Source: Coprothermobacterota bacterium (GTDB taxonomy: Bacteria; Coprothermobacterota; HKB111). From it: DNA of 64,000 nucleotides. The stretch is taken from positions 40,492-104,491 of the forward strand of contig JBBIUB010000002.1 in the NCBI GenBank assembly GCA_037440465.1, read 5' to 3'. The position numbers were made by a program, and so were the translations under genes. The notes beneath the pieces are model-generated. The model was not told where the DNA came from. It made no database searches and was given only the letters and a program-made list of their open reading frames with translations. This document shows positions 48,160 to 58,125 of this stretch, in pieces; within the stretch, counting starts at the first letter, position 1, and every line of letters starts with the position of its first letter.

Positions 48160-48791
48160 AAGAGCTTGGAATAATTGAAGATGTTATGAAAAACAAAGAA
48201 GGAGCCAGAATAAGAATAAAAGGTAATATTGTTAATAGTAGTCTACAGTTAGGAGACAGCATTGCTGTAAATGGAGTTTGTCTAACTGTGGCCGATCTAA
48301 TTAATTCAATATTTGAAGTTGAAATTATGCCTGAGACACTTAATAGAACAAATCTGGCTTACATATCCCCTCGCGATAGAGTAAATCTTGAAAGAGCCAG
48401 GAGTTTAGGTGAAAGGATGGGAGGTCATATTGTAACTGGACATGTAGATGAAGTAGGGGTAATTAAAGCAAAGTATAAATCGGGTTTATCAATTGTTATG
48501 GAAGTTAAGATTACACCATCAATCAATAAATATTTAGTAGTTAAAGGCTCCGCCTCTATTGACGGCGTAAGTTTAACCATTGTGAATATAAACGATGATA
48601 ACTTGACAGTTCACCTCATTCCCCATACTTTGAATTCTACAACTTTAGGCTTTAAAAAACCAGGAGATTATGTAAACATTGAGACCGACATCCTGGCAAA
48701 GCATTTAGAAAAACTCATTGAGAATTATCTTTCACTAAAAAAGAAATATGGATTAACAGAAGATTATTTAAAGAGCATTGGTTACAAGTAA
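48141..48791 (+). CDS. ribE: Riboflavin synthase (alpha)
   Basis: [29 protein letters not shown]. Confidence 0.96.
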   Translation: MFTGIIEELGIIEDVMKNKEGARIRIKGNIVNSSLQLGDSIAVNGVCLTVADLINSIFEVEIMPETLNRTNLAYISPRDRVNLERARSLGERMGGHIVTGHVDEVGVIKAKYKSGLSIVMEVKITPSINKYLVVKGSASIDGVSLTIVNINDDNLTVHLIPHTLNSTTLGFKKPGDYVNIETDILAKHLEKLIENYLSLKKKYGLTEDYLKSIGYK

Positions 48792-48813
48792 AAAAGGAGG
48801 AAACAAGAAAAAT

Positions 48814-50022
48814 ATGGCAGAAGAAAATGTAATAAGCTCAATTCCTGAGATAATAGAAGAAATTAAACAAGGAAAAATGGTAATAGTAATAGATGACGAA
48901 AATAGAGAAAATGAGGGTGATTTGATAATGGCAGCAGAAAAAGCAACTCCAGACGCAGTTAACTTTATGGCTATTCACGGACGGGGGCTTATATGTACAC
49001 CACTTACAGAAAAAAGACTTGAAGAATTAAACCTACCTCTTATGATTCCGTGTGGAGGCTATTACTGTGATACTGCTTTTACCATCTCAGTAGATGCCCG
49101 AGAAACAAAAACAGGTATTTCTGCTTATGAAAGAGCATTAACCATAAAAAAATTAGTAGACCCAAATGCTAATTCTACAGACTTTAAACGACCGGGTCAT
49201 ATATTCCCTTTAAAAGCAAAAGAGGGTGGTGTATTATGTCGACATGGGCATACAGAAGCTGCTATAGATTTAACTCAATTAGCCGGGATGTATCATGGTG
49301 GAGTAATTTGCGAAATAATGAACGAAGATGGTACTATGGCACGACTTCCACAACTAATAACTTTTGCTAAAAAGCATAATCTTAAGATCACAACAATTGC
49401 TGAGCTTGTGCGTTATAGATTCAAGCATGAAAAATTAGTTAAAAGAGTAACTACTGCTAACTTGCCAACCCGGTATGGCGAATTCAAAGTGATTACCTAC
49501 GAAGACACAATAGAAGGTTCTTACCATATAGCTCTTCTTAAAGGAGAGGTTGATAGAGAAGAAGCTACGCTGGCGAGAGTCCACTCTGAATGTTTGACCG
49601 GTGATGTATTTGGCTCTCTCCGTTGTGACTGTGGAGAACAATTATCATCTTCCCTGAAGATGATAGAAAAGGCAGAAAAAGGAGTACTTCTCTACATGCA
49701 ACAAGAAGGTAGAGGAATCGGGCTTTTAAACAAAATAAAGGCTTATCAGCTTCAGGATGAAGGTAAGGATACGGTTGAAGCCAACCTCGCTTTAGGTTTT
49801 CCACCTGACCTGAGGAACTATGGTTTAGGTGCTCAAATCTTGAGAGACCTTGGAGTAAAAAAGATAAAACTTATTACAAATAATCCACATAAGATTTCTG
49901 ACTTGCAAGAATATGGGATAGAAGTAATAGAAAGAGTTCCTATTATGGTAAACCTTAGTCCCTCTAATAGAAAATATTTAAAAACTAAAAAAGATAAACT
50001 TGGTCATCTTTTGGATATTTGA
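48814..50022 (+). CDS. ribBA: Bifunctional DHBP synthase / GTP cyclohydrolase II
   Basis: [38 protein letters not shown]. Confidence 0.96.
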   Translation: MAEENVISSIPEIIEEIKQGKMVIVIDDENRENEGDLIMAAEKATPDAVNFMAIHGRGLICTPLTEKRLEELNLPLMIPCGGYYCDTAFTISVDARETKTGISAYERALTIKKLVDPNANSTDFKRPGHIFPLKAKEGGVLCRHGHTEAAIDLTQLAGMYHGGVICEIMNEDGTMARLPQLITFAKKHNLKITTIAELVRYRFKHEKLVKRVTTANLPTRYGEFKVITYEDTIEGSYHIALLKGEVDREEATLARVHSECLTGDVFGSLRCDCGEQLSSSLKMIEKAEKGVLLYMQQEGRGIGLLNKIKAYQLQDEGKDTVEANLALGFPPDLRNYGLGAQILRDLGVKKIKLITNNPHKISDLQEYGIEVIERVPIMVNLSPSNRKYLKTKKDKLGHLLDI

Positions 50023-50064
50023 AAATAAATACATGAAGAACCTAAAAAGAAAAAGGAGGATTAA

Positions 50065-50532
50065 ATGGGTAGAATATTTGAAGGTAAATTATTAGGTGAA
50101 GGGTTAAAATTTGCGGTTGTGGCGAGCCGTTTCAATGAGTTTATTACTCTTAGACTTCTTGATGGAGCTAAAGATGCTCTCATTCGACATGGTGTTAAGG
50201 AAGAAGACATTGATGTATACTGGACGCCTGGTTCTTTTGAGATTCCACTAATAGCTATGTCCGCAGCAAGGGGTAATAAATATAATGCAATTGTTTGCAT
50301 AGGGGCTGTCATAAGAGGTGACACTCCACACTTCGAATATATAGCAAACGAAGTTACAAAAGGTATCGCTCAGGTTAATTTAAAAACTGGAATTCCTGTT
50401 ACTTACGGAATAATAACTGCAAATACTCTGGAACAAGCTATAGAGAGGGCGGGAACAAAAGCTGGAAATAAGGGCTGGAGTGCTGCTTTGAGTGCAATTG
50501 AAATGGCAAATCTTATTAATGAACTAAGTTGA
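50065..50532 (+). CDS. ribH: 6,7-dimethyl-8-ribityllumazine synthase
   Basis: [23 protein letters not shown]. Confidence 0.97.
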   Translation: MGRIFEGKLLGEGLKFAVVASRFNEFITLRLLDGAKDALIRHGVKEEDIDVYWTPGSFEIPLIAMSAARGNKYNAIVCIGAVIRGDTPHFEYIANEVTKGIAQVNLKTGIPVTYGIITANTLEQAIERAGTKAGNKGWSAALSAIEMANLINELS

Positions 50533-51122
50533 GAATTGTTATCGTTTTTGGTCGTCACGAAACAGGAAAAACAACTGTTCTGGAAACTATTGGAAGAGGT
50601 TTAATAGAAAAAGGATATACCTTCTCCACATTAAAAGACATTCACTCAACAGATTTCATACTGGACAGGGAGGGCACCGATACCTTCAGGCATAGGGAAG
50701 CCGGTGCCCTTCAGACAATTGCCTGGGGTCCTCAAGAAACAGGAATTATTTTCCCTGAGAAAATTAAATTAGATAAAATACTTACTTACCTCAAAACTGA
50801 TTATCTTCTAATTGAAGGTAATCTTGATATAATTGCTCCAAAAGTTTTATGTGTAAAAAATGTGGAAGAACTAAATCAGATAAATCCCCTGGTAATAGCA
50901 ATATCAGGTGTAATAACAAATAGTAAACTTAATGTTGATTCTCTTCCTGTGCTAAATCCAAAAGTTGACCAGAAGAGATTAGTTGATTTAGTACTCAAAA
51001 AATCCTTTGAAGCCCTACCATATCCCACACCTGTGAATTGTAAAGCTTGCAACTCTAACTGCCAAAACCTTGCTTTGAATATAATAAGTGGAAAAAGACG
51101 TCGAGAAGATTGTCCCTACTAA
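50529..51122 (+). CDS. mobB: MobB-like P-loop protein with C-terminal Cys-rich (putative Fe-S) domain
   Basis: [42 protein letters not shown]...DCPY. Confidence 0.78.
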   Translation: MRIVIVFGRHETGKTTVLETIGRGLIEKGYTFSTLKDIHSTDFILDREGTDTFRHREAGALQTIAWGPQETGIIFPEKIKLDKILTYLKTDYLLIEGNLDIIAPKVLCVKNVEELNQINPLVIAISGVITNSKLNVDSLPVLNPKVDQKRLVDLVLKKSFEALPYPTPVNCKACNSNCQNLALNIISGKRRREDCPY

Positions 51123-51146
51123 CGCAAAAACAAGTTCTTAGAAGTG

Positions 51147-52067
51147 CTAAAGATTTTTACAATATAGTACAGCTAATTGAGCACCTATTTCTGCATTTCT
51201 TTTAAGTAAATCTATATTGGTAATTAAGCTTTTATTGGAAGAATACAAGCTAACCTTATTAAGAAGATAAGGAGTAAGTGCTTGACCTTTTATATTATCT
51301 TTAAAAGCATCTTGAACCGCTCTATTAATACTCTCTTCTATTTCTGAAAAAGAAATGGCTGAAGTACGGGGAGGCGGATTAGCAATGAGAACCCCTTTTT
51401 TTATACCAAGTGAAAAGTTTATCTTTAAGAACTTTACTATCTCCAGAAGATTATCAGAAAATAATCTGAGCTTATAAGGAGATTCAGACGAATAAAATGC
51501 CGGGAAGGAAGTAGTATTATATCCAATCACTGGTATAGATAATATCTCAAGAACTTCCAATGTTTTTGGAATATCAAGAACAGCTTTTATTCCAGATGAT
51601 ACAACTGCAATTTCACAACTAACAAGAGCACCCAAATCCTGAGAAACATCTATAAAACCTTCCTCCCAACCTCTATGAACACCACCTATACCACCAGTAA
51701 CTAAAAATTTTATACCTGCTCTATGGGCTATAAATACAGTAGCAGATACGGTAGTACCACCCGACATTTTACGCAAAACAACCTCAGGCAGATCTCTTAG
51801 CGCTACTTTCACCACCTCTTTACTACTGCCCAGTATTTCTATCTCTTCAATGCCTAAGCCAATTCTTAACAGACCATCTATGATACCAATCGTAGCTGGT
51901 AAAGCTCCTTCTCTTCTTATAGATTCCTCCATAGCCCGGGATACATCTATATTATGCGGGTAAGGTAAGCCATGAGTTAAAAAAGCTGTTTCCAGGGCAA
52001 CCACAGGGTGATTTTTCAAAATAGCTTCTTCAACTTCTTTTGATAAATGAAAAATATTCATGTCCAT
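51147..52067 (-). CDS. psuG: Pseudouridine-5'-phosphate glycosidase
   Basis: PVVALETAFLTHGLPYP, GTTVSAT, TGGIGGVHRG, DVSQDL, LTPYLL. Confidence 0.92.
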   Translation of the reverse strand: MDMNIFHLSKEVEEAILKNHPVVALETAFLTHGLPYPHNIDVSRAMEESIRREGALPATIGIIDGLLRIGLGIEEIEILGSSKEVVKVALRDLPEVVLRKMSGGTTVSATVFIAHRAGIKFLVTGGIGGVHRGWEEGFIDVSQDLGALVSCEIAVVSSGIKAVLDIPKTLEVLEILSIPVIGYNTTSFPAFYSSESPYKLRLFSDNLLEIVKFLKINFSLGIKKGVLIANPPPRTSAISFSEIEESINRAVQDAFKDNIKGQALTPYLLNKVSLYSSNKSLITNIDLLKRNAEIGAQLAVLYCKNL

Positions 52068-52097
52068 TTTAATTCCTGCTCGTTTATTCCTGAAGCT

Positions 52098-52898
52098 TTA
52101 CAAGATTTTTTTATTAATTTCTTTAAGGGAAAAATCATACTCAATTCCATCTGATAATTTGACCTTTACCTGCTCTGTAAATATATTTTTACCTGTAACA
52201 ATACCTTCTCCTCCTGGAGTAGTAACTTTTTCTCCAACATCTGGAAAAATCTTTTTTGATGACTCATAAAAAAGAAGTTCATATCTTAAACAACACATCA
52301 ACCTTCCGCAAACTCCCGATATCTTGTCAGGACTTACTAAAAGACCTTGAACTTTAGCCATATGAACACTTACAGATCCAGGGGTAAAAAGAAAATCTTT
52401 ACAACAAAACACTAAACCGCACGGACCAAGGCCACCTAAAATTCTTGCTTCTTCTCGCCGATCAATTTGCCATAACTCAACTCGTTTACGAAGTTTTTTA
52501 GCTAAATCCCTAACCAGGCCCCTGAAATCCACTCTTTCTTCAGAAAAAAAATAAAATACAATTTTGCTTTCTCCAAAAGAAGCAACTGTTTTTATGAGTT
52601 TTATTGGAAGACGATGATCTTTTAGTAGTCCCTGAAAGACCAAAGTTGATTCATTTTCCAGCTCTCCCAGCCTTATAAGCTTTTCCTCATCAGAAGAAGA
52701 TAGTTTTCTTAATATCTTAACCTCATTTGTTAATGTTTTAGAACCTGCTGGGAATTCAATATTAACAACTACTCCTACTTCTTCTTTTCCTTCTTTTTCA
52801 ACAATCACTTTCTCGCAAGTTGTGAGTCCCAAATCTACGAATGGTGAAAATATTAATTCATTACTATGTTTTAATCTAATCATGATTACATTATCCAT
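52098..52898 (-). CDS. PSP1 domain protein (YaaT/RicT-like)
   Basis: RVDFRGLVRDLA, GGLGPCG..CC, SGVCGRLMCCLRYE. Confidence 0.9.
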   Translation of the reverse strand: MDNVIMIRLKHSNELIFSPFVDLGLTTCEKVIVEKEGKEEVGVVVNIEFPAGSKTLTNEVKILRKLSSSDEEKLIRLGELENESTLVFQGLLKDHRLPIKLIKTVASFGESKIVFYFFSEERVDFRGLVRDLAKKLRKRVELWQIDRREEARILGGLGPCGLVFCCKDFLFTPGSVSVHMAKVQGLLVSPDKISGVCGRLMCCLRYELLFYESSKKIFPDVGEKVTTPGGEGIVTGKNIFTEQVKVKLSDGIEYDFSLKEINKKIL

Positions 52899-53886
52899 AT
52901 AATTGCTCCCTCAATCTTATAGTTATTCTGTCCCAATGTAACGCTGGGTTCAAGTTGTAATCGTACTCTAACTTTAAAGTATTTAAAAGATAGTCCAAAC
53001 CACCAATTAGCTGTTCTCTTGATATTCTCTTTGATAAATTATCCATTTCTACTTCAAGATCTACATTAACAATATATTCAGTTCTTCCTTCTTTCGTCAG
53101 GAGTATATCTCTAATAAGATAAATCAAGGCTCTTAAATTCACTATAAAATCTTCCTTATTATCTTTACTCCACTTATCAAGAAATACGCTTGCTCCCCGA
53201 TACCCCCTATTTCGTAAGATATTCAGGAATTCAAGCATACCCCTCCGCTGATTCAAGTTCTCTTCTCCATTAACAAGTTCAACAGCTCTAGTCATATTCC
53301 CCTGTGCAAGCCCAGCAATAAGTTGAGCTTTTCCTTCAGTCAAAGGAAATTTTTCCAAAAGCCATTTTTTCAGAACACTTAAGGGTAGTGGGAAAAATTG
53401 AACTTTCACAGAGCGAGATACAATAGTTGGAAGCATAAGGTGAATAGCTGAAGTTGTAAGAATAGGGGTAAGATACTGAGGTGTTTCTTCAAGAGTTTTT
53501 AAAAGGCTGTTTCCAGCTTCCGGTGTTAAAAGATGAGCTTCCCTTATAATAACAACCTTATACCGAGATTCTACTGGTGTGGAGTTAGCAAACTCTCGTA
53601 ATCTTTTTGATTCTTCCAGTTTTATAGTATTACCAAAACCCCTTTCAATTATTAATAAATCAGGATGTTTGTTTTGTTCCATAAGATGACAGGGCCTGCA
53701 GTTAAAACATGGTATATCATCTGATTCCAAGCAGTTTATACCTTGAGCAAAAAGCAGGGCAGCTGTAAACTTCCCAACTCCTTCTTCACCAAAAAAAAGA
53801 AAGGTCCTGTTATGTACACCCCTTTTTAAAAAACCAGTGAGAATCAATTTGACTGATTCTTGATTCAATAACCTATCAAAGCTCAA
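52891..53886 (-). CDS. holB: DNA polymerase III delta' subunit
   Basis: GEEGVGK, Zn-Cys cluster, HPD, NSLLKTLEE, TIVSR; downstream of tmk. Confidence 0.9.
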   Translation of the reverse strand: MSFDRLLNQESVKLILTGFLKRGVHNRTFLFFGEEGVGKFTAALLFAQGINCLESDDIPCFNCRPCHLMEQNKHPDLLIIERGFGNTIKLEESKRLREFANSTPVESRYKVVIIREAHLLTPEAGNSLLKTLEETPQYLTPILTTSAIHLMLPTIVSRSVKVQFFPLPLSVLKKWLLEKFPLTEGKAQLIAGLAQGNMTRAVELVNGEENLNQRRGMLEFLNILRNRGYRGASVFLDKWSKDNKEDFIVNLRALIYLIRDILLTKEGRTEYIVNVDLEVEMDNLSKRISREQLIGGLDYLLNTLKLEYDYNLNPALHWDRITIRLREQLYG

Positions 53887-53892
53887 ATCCTG

Positions 53893-54510
53893 TCATTTCC
53901 TCTCTATATCATTCATATAAGATAGTACAAGCGAAAGTATTTCTCTATGTACTTCAACAACAGATAAAGTTCCATCTACTACCTTCATTCTCTCTGGATA
54001 CCTATTTATCAACCAGTTATATCCTTCATATACTCGGGAAAAATACTCTTTTGATCTTACCTCTATAACATCTTTGTTTTTTCTTTTCATACTAAGTTCT
54101 GGGTCTATCTTAATATAGAGTGTTAAATCTGGCCATAATCCTTCAGTAAGTTTTTCATTTAACTCAAGAACATTCAACCCCCCAAGATTAAGACCAAAAC
54201 CCTGGTAAGCAACGCTTGAATCAATATAACGGGAAGACAATACTATCATTCCTTTCCTAAGGGCTGGTTTGATTATTTCCTCAGCATGGGATATTCTTGC
54301 GGCTAAAAATAGTAAAGCCTCTACCCATGGTTGTATCTCAGAAGATAATAGTATATTTCTAATCTTTTCCGCTACAGGAGTTCCTCCAGGTTCACGGGTA
54401 ATAAGAACAGGGAAACCTTTTTTAGTTAACTCTTTCTCAAGCATGTGTGCCTGAACAGACTTGCCCGAGCCATCAAGACCCTCAAGAGTAATAAAAATTC
54501 CCCTTTTCAT
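53893..54510 (-). CDS. tmk: Thymidylate kinase
   Basis: FITLEGLDGSGKS, TREPGGT, RYIDSSVAYQG. Confidence 0.95.
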   Translation of the reverse strand: MKRGIFITLEGLDGSGKSVQAHMLEKELTKKGFPVLITREPGGTPVAEKIRNILLSSEIQPWVEALLFLAARISHAEEIIKPALRKGMIVLSSRYIDSSVAYQGFGLNLGGLNVLELNEKLTEGLWPDLTLYIKIDPELSMKRKNKDVIEVRSKEYFSRVYEGYNWLINRYPERMKVVDGTLSVVEVHREILSLVLSYMNDIERK

Positions 54511-55995
54511 TTATGGATAAATAACCACCCTTCTATAAGGATCATCTCCAATACTTTCACTTTTCAAACCATGCTTCTGAATGAAAATATGTTGTAATTT
54601 TCTTAAAAAGGGGGGGCGAGGTGACAGTTCCTGGGGTTCCTTTGTTCTGAAGGTAGTTTCTACCATTGCTTTTGCTTCATTAAGAGCACTCTCTTCGCCT
54701 TCACTTATTTCAGTTGCTGATCTTAGTGCATACAAAATCTCTGCTGAGGTATTACTTTTAAGTGTCCATAAAGGCAAGTTCATTTCAGCAGCTTCTCTAA
54801 GGGGAACAGGGCGTCTCTTTAAGTGTGACTTCAAAGCCATAACAAAATCAGCATTCTTTAATTCTCTGGTTATGAAAATTTGTAACCTGTTGTCTTTAAT
54901 AACTTTTTCTAACTTACGATTGTTCACACCAAATGGGAAAACCCTGTATATCCTGTCTTTTTTCTCTAATTCAAAATCCATGGGTTCTTCTACAGAAGCA
55001 ACAACTTGAATTACACCATTTTTCCCCCTTCTTCTTATCTCTGGCTTGGGAGCATAACCTCTTAGGTAAGCGTCTACAACCTTTGCAACATCATGATGAA
55101 TAGCCAGAGTATACCAGCTTTGTATCTCAATTAAAATATCAAAGGTAGGAGGAGCTTTTCTTTCCAACACCGCCTTCTGAGTCCCCCGTCTTTTGGCTTC
55201 TTCATCACTTAAGGTTACTACTTCGACTCCACCTACCAGATCAGATAAAGTTGGGTTTTGAAGCAAATTATCCAGTGTGTTTCCATGAGCAGTAGCAATA
55301 AGAACTACACCCCTTTCAGCTATTGTTCTGGCAGCGTTGGCTTCTGCTTCTCTCCCAATCTCATCAATAATGATAACTTCTGGCATATGGTTCTCTACTG
55401 CTTCAATCATAATATCATGTTGCAACTCAGGCCTGGGAACTTGCATTCGCCGGGCACTTCCTATAGCAGGATGAGGTATGTCTCCATCACCTGCTATCTC
55501 ATTAGAGGTGTCTACTACAATCACTCTTTTCTTAAGTTCATCTGCAATTATCCTGGCAGCTTCTCTTAACAAGGTTGTCTTCCCTACTCCGGGTTTTCCA
55601 AGCAAGAGAATACTTTTACCTGAAGCAATGACATCTTTTATAATATCCATCGTTCCGAAAAGAGCCCTTCCAACCCTAAGCGTGAGTCCAATGATATCTC
55701 CCTTTCTGTTTCTAATTGCGGAAATACGGTGCAATGTCCGTTCTATGCCAGCACGATTATCTTCACCAAACTCCCCAATTCTACTGATAACATAAGCCAT
55801 ATCATTTTTATCAACCTCTATTTCACTTAAATAATAATTTTCAGTTGGAAACCGAGCTTCTGGAAGTCTACCCCAATCCATTACTACTTCAAGTAAGTTA
55901 GAAGTATCAGGAAATGTTAGAAGTGTTTCAAGAAAAGTAGGTGGGAGTACAACCAGGAATTTATCAAGATCATTGGCATTAACCTTAAAGACCAA
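54511..55995 (-). CDS. SpoIIIAA/Ycf45-like AAA ATPase with C-terminal R3H domain
   Basis: RAGIERTLHRIS, GKPGVGKTT, DTSNEIAGDGD, IDEIG, RKLQH. Confidence 0.88.
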   Translation of the reverse strand: MVFKVNANDLDKFLVVLPPTFLETLLTFPDTSNLLEVVMDWGRLPEARFPTENYYLSEIEVDKNDMAYVISRIGEFGEDNRAGIERTLHRISAIRNRKGDIIGLTLRVGRALFGTMDIIKDVIASGKSILLLGKPGVGKTTLLREAARIIADELKKRVIVVDTSNEIAGDGDIPHPAIGSARRMQVPRPELQHDIMIEAVENHMPEVIIIDEIGREAEANAARTIAERGVVLIATAHGNTLDNLLQNPTLSDLVGGVEVVTLSDEEAKRRGTQKAVLERKAPPTFDILIEIQSWYTLAIHHDVAKVVDAYLRGYAPKPEIRRRGKNGVIQVVASVEEPMDFELEKKDRIYRVFPFGVNNRKLEKVIKDNRLQIFITRELKNADFVMALKSHLKRRPVPLREAAEMNLPLWTLKSNTSAEILYALRSATEISEGEESALNEAKAMVETTFRTKEPQELSPRPPFLRKLQHIFIQKHGLKSESIGDDPYRRVVIYP

Positions 55996-56595
55996 TTAAA
56001 GCTCCTGTCTTGTTTTAAAAGCTATGCTTAATGTTACTTCGTCGGCATATTCAAGATCGCTACCTACAGGAAGACCCTGCGCAATCCTCGTAATTTTGAT
56101 ATTTAATGGTTTCAGTAATTTCATAAGATAAATAGCGGTTACCTCACCTTCTACATTGGGGTCGGTTGCAATTATTACTTCTTCTACGTTACTATTTTTT
56201 ACCCTTTCAAGAAGTTCTTTTATTCTTATATTATCTGGTCCTATGCCATCCATCGGAGATAAGGCTCCATGAAGAACATGATATAAACCTCTGTACTCCA
56301 CCGTCTTTTCTACAGTTAGTACATCCTGTGGTTGTTCAACCACGCATATAATCTTCTTATTACGATAATGATCAGTACAGATAAAGCATGGGTCACTGTC
56401 AGAAAGATTAAAACATATTGAACAGAGCCTTAGCAACCTTCTCGCTTCCACAATAGAAGATGCTAATTCATCTACTCTTGTGATAGGCAGTTTTAGTATA
56501 AAAAAAGCCAATCTCCGCGCAGTTTTAGGGCCAACTCCTGGAAGACTTTGTAGTTGAGAAATAAGTCTCTTCAAAGAAGAAGCTTCGCTTCTCAT
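55996..56595 (-). CDS. recR: Recombination protein RecR
   Basis: LPGVGPKTARRLA, C4 zinc finger, YHVLHG, DLEYAD. Confidence 0.96.
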   Translation of the reverse strand: MRSEASSLKRLISQLQSLPGVGPKTARRLAFFILKLPITRVDELASSIVEARRLLRLCSICFNLSDSDPCFICTDHYRNKKIICVVEQPQDVLTVEKTVEYRGLYHVLHGALSPMDGIGPDNIRIKELLERVKNSNVEEVIIATDPNVEGEVTAIYLMKLLKPLNIKITRIAQGLPVGSDLEYADEVTLSIAFKTRQEL

Positions 56596-58121
56596 TTTTT
56601 CTTCCTTATTTCAATATTGCTACCCTCAAAAAGCTTAAGAGCTTCTTGGACCATTGGATTTTTCGTTAAATCAGGTTTTTCAACATTTTCCTCTATAAGG
56701 TGAAATTTCAATAATATTTTCTTTTTCAAGTAATCAGACAACAAATTCTCTATCTCTTCTTTCTGCTGAGACTGTTTTAAAAATTCCATTTGGGGTTTAT
56801 GTTTTTCGTTAAAAATAAGAATAATCTCATTATTAAATATTTTTACTTCAGAGACAACATCAAGCATGGCTGCCAGCCTGATGGCTCGTTTAACTTCTCT
56901 AACATATCGTAGAAAACCTGTTAATGTAAATTCCTTACCCTCCTCCAAAAACAAGGTTTCTAAAGATACCTTTTCCTCTATTTCTAAAGGAGGAATCCTA
57001 TCCGCAGAAGGAGCAGAAACTTCGTTTACGGGTCTTTCCGTTACTTGAGAAGGAAGAGAAGATTCCTTCAGAGTAAAAACCTCCAATTTCAGTCTTGGTT
57101 CAATACTGGAGCGTAAGTCACCTTCCAAAAGAACAAGGCGGTCCAGAAGCAAGGTTAATTCATCTAAAGAAATACTATTGGTAAGTTGCAATATATCTCC
57201 CGCATCATCATCCAAATAACCATCTCCCAATTTACTTATAACTATATTACGAAGCTTAACAATTACCTGCCTGATGCTCTGTCTTAAATCCCTTCCCAGA
57301 GCCACTAACTCCTCAACTGCTTCTAAAGCTTCTCTTCTTCTTTTCAAAATTATACTCAAAAGATATCTTTTCACCCAACTCGGGCTTGGTATTCCAAGAA
57401 CAACATAAACATCATCATCTTTCATTTCTTTTCCAGCAAAAGATTCCACTTGCTCCAGATAAGTAAGAGCATCTCGCAATGAACCCTGGGCAGCTTCTAC
57501 CAGCATGAACAATGCTTTGTCACTTATAGAAAAATCCTCTTTAGCTGAAATCCTCTGTAATAAACCCACCATATCTTCTTCTCTAAGATTTCTAAAGTCA
57601 AACCTCAGACAGCGTGAGGCAATAGTGAGCGGAACTTTATGAGGTTCAGTTGTAGCCAGAACAAAAATTACAAATGTAGGTGGTTCCTCAAGTGTCTTCA
57701 GGAGGGCGTTAAAAGCCTCAGTGGTCAACATATGTACTTCATCTATAATATAAACTTTATATTTTAGTTGAGCTGGGGTAAAATGAACCTTTCCCCTTAA
57801 ATCTTTTATTTCTTCAATGCCCCTGTTTGAGGCAGCATCTATTTCCAGAATATCTAAGCTGATACCTTTTGCGATAGAACTGCAAAAGGTACACTCTCCG
57901 CATGGTTCTCCATCTTCATATTGAGTACAATTAACAGCTTTAGCTAAAATTCGTGCTACACTGGTTTTTCCGGTTCCCCTTGGACCAGTAAAAAGGTATG
58001 CGTGGTTGATTCTCCCACTTTTAACCATATTTTTAAGGGTTTGTACAATATGAGATTGACCAACAACTTCACCAAAATTCTGAGGACGCCACTTACGATA
58101 AAGAGATACTTCTCCATCCAT
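56592..58121 (-). CDS. dnaX: DNA polymerase III gamma/tau subunit
   Basis: LYRKWRP, GPRGTGKT, EIDAAS, DEVHML; start ATG 58121 after GAGGAG. Confidence 0.95.
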   Translation of the reverse strand: MDGEVSLYRKWRPQNFGEVVGQSHIVQTLKNMVKSGRINHAYLFTGPRGTGKTSVARILAKAVNCTQYEDGEPCGECTFCSSIAKGISLDILEIDAASNRGIEEIKDLRGKVHFTPAQLKYKVYIIDEVHMLTTEAFNALLKTLEEPPTFVIFVLATTEPHKVPLTIASRCLRFDFRNLREEDMVGLLQRISAKEDFSISDKALFMLVEAAQGSLRDALTYLEQVESFAGKEMKDDDVYVVLGIPSPSWVKRYLLSIILKRRREALEAVEELVALGRDLRQSIRQVIVKLRNIVISKLGDGYLDDDAGDILQLTNSISLDELTLLLDRLVLLEGDLRSSIEPRLKLEVFTLKESSLPSQVTERPVNEVSAPSADRIPPLEIEEKVSLETLFLEEGKEFTLTGFLRYVREVKRAIRLAAMLDVVSEVKIFNNEIILIFNEKHKPQMEFLKQSQQKEEIENLLSDYLKKKILLKFHLIEENVEKPDLTKNPMVQEALKLFEGSNIEIRKKK

Positions 58122-58125
58122 TTTT

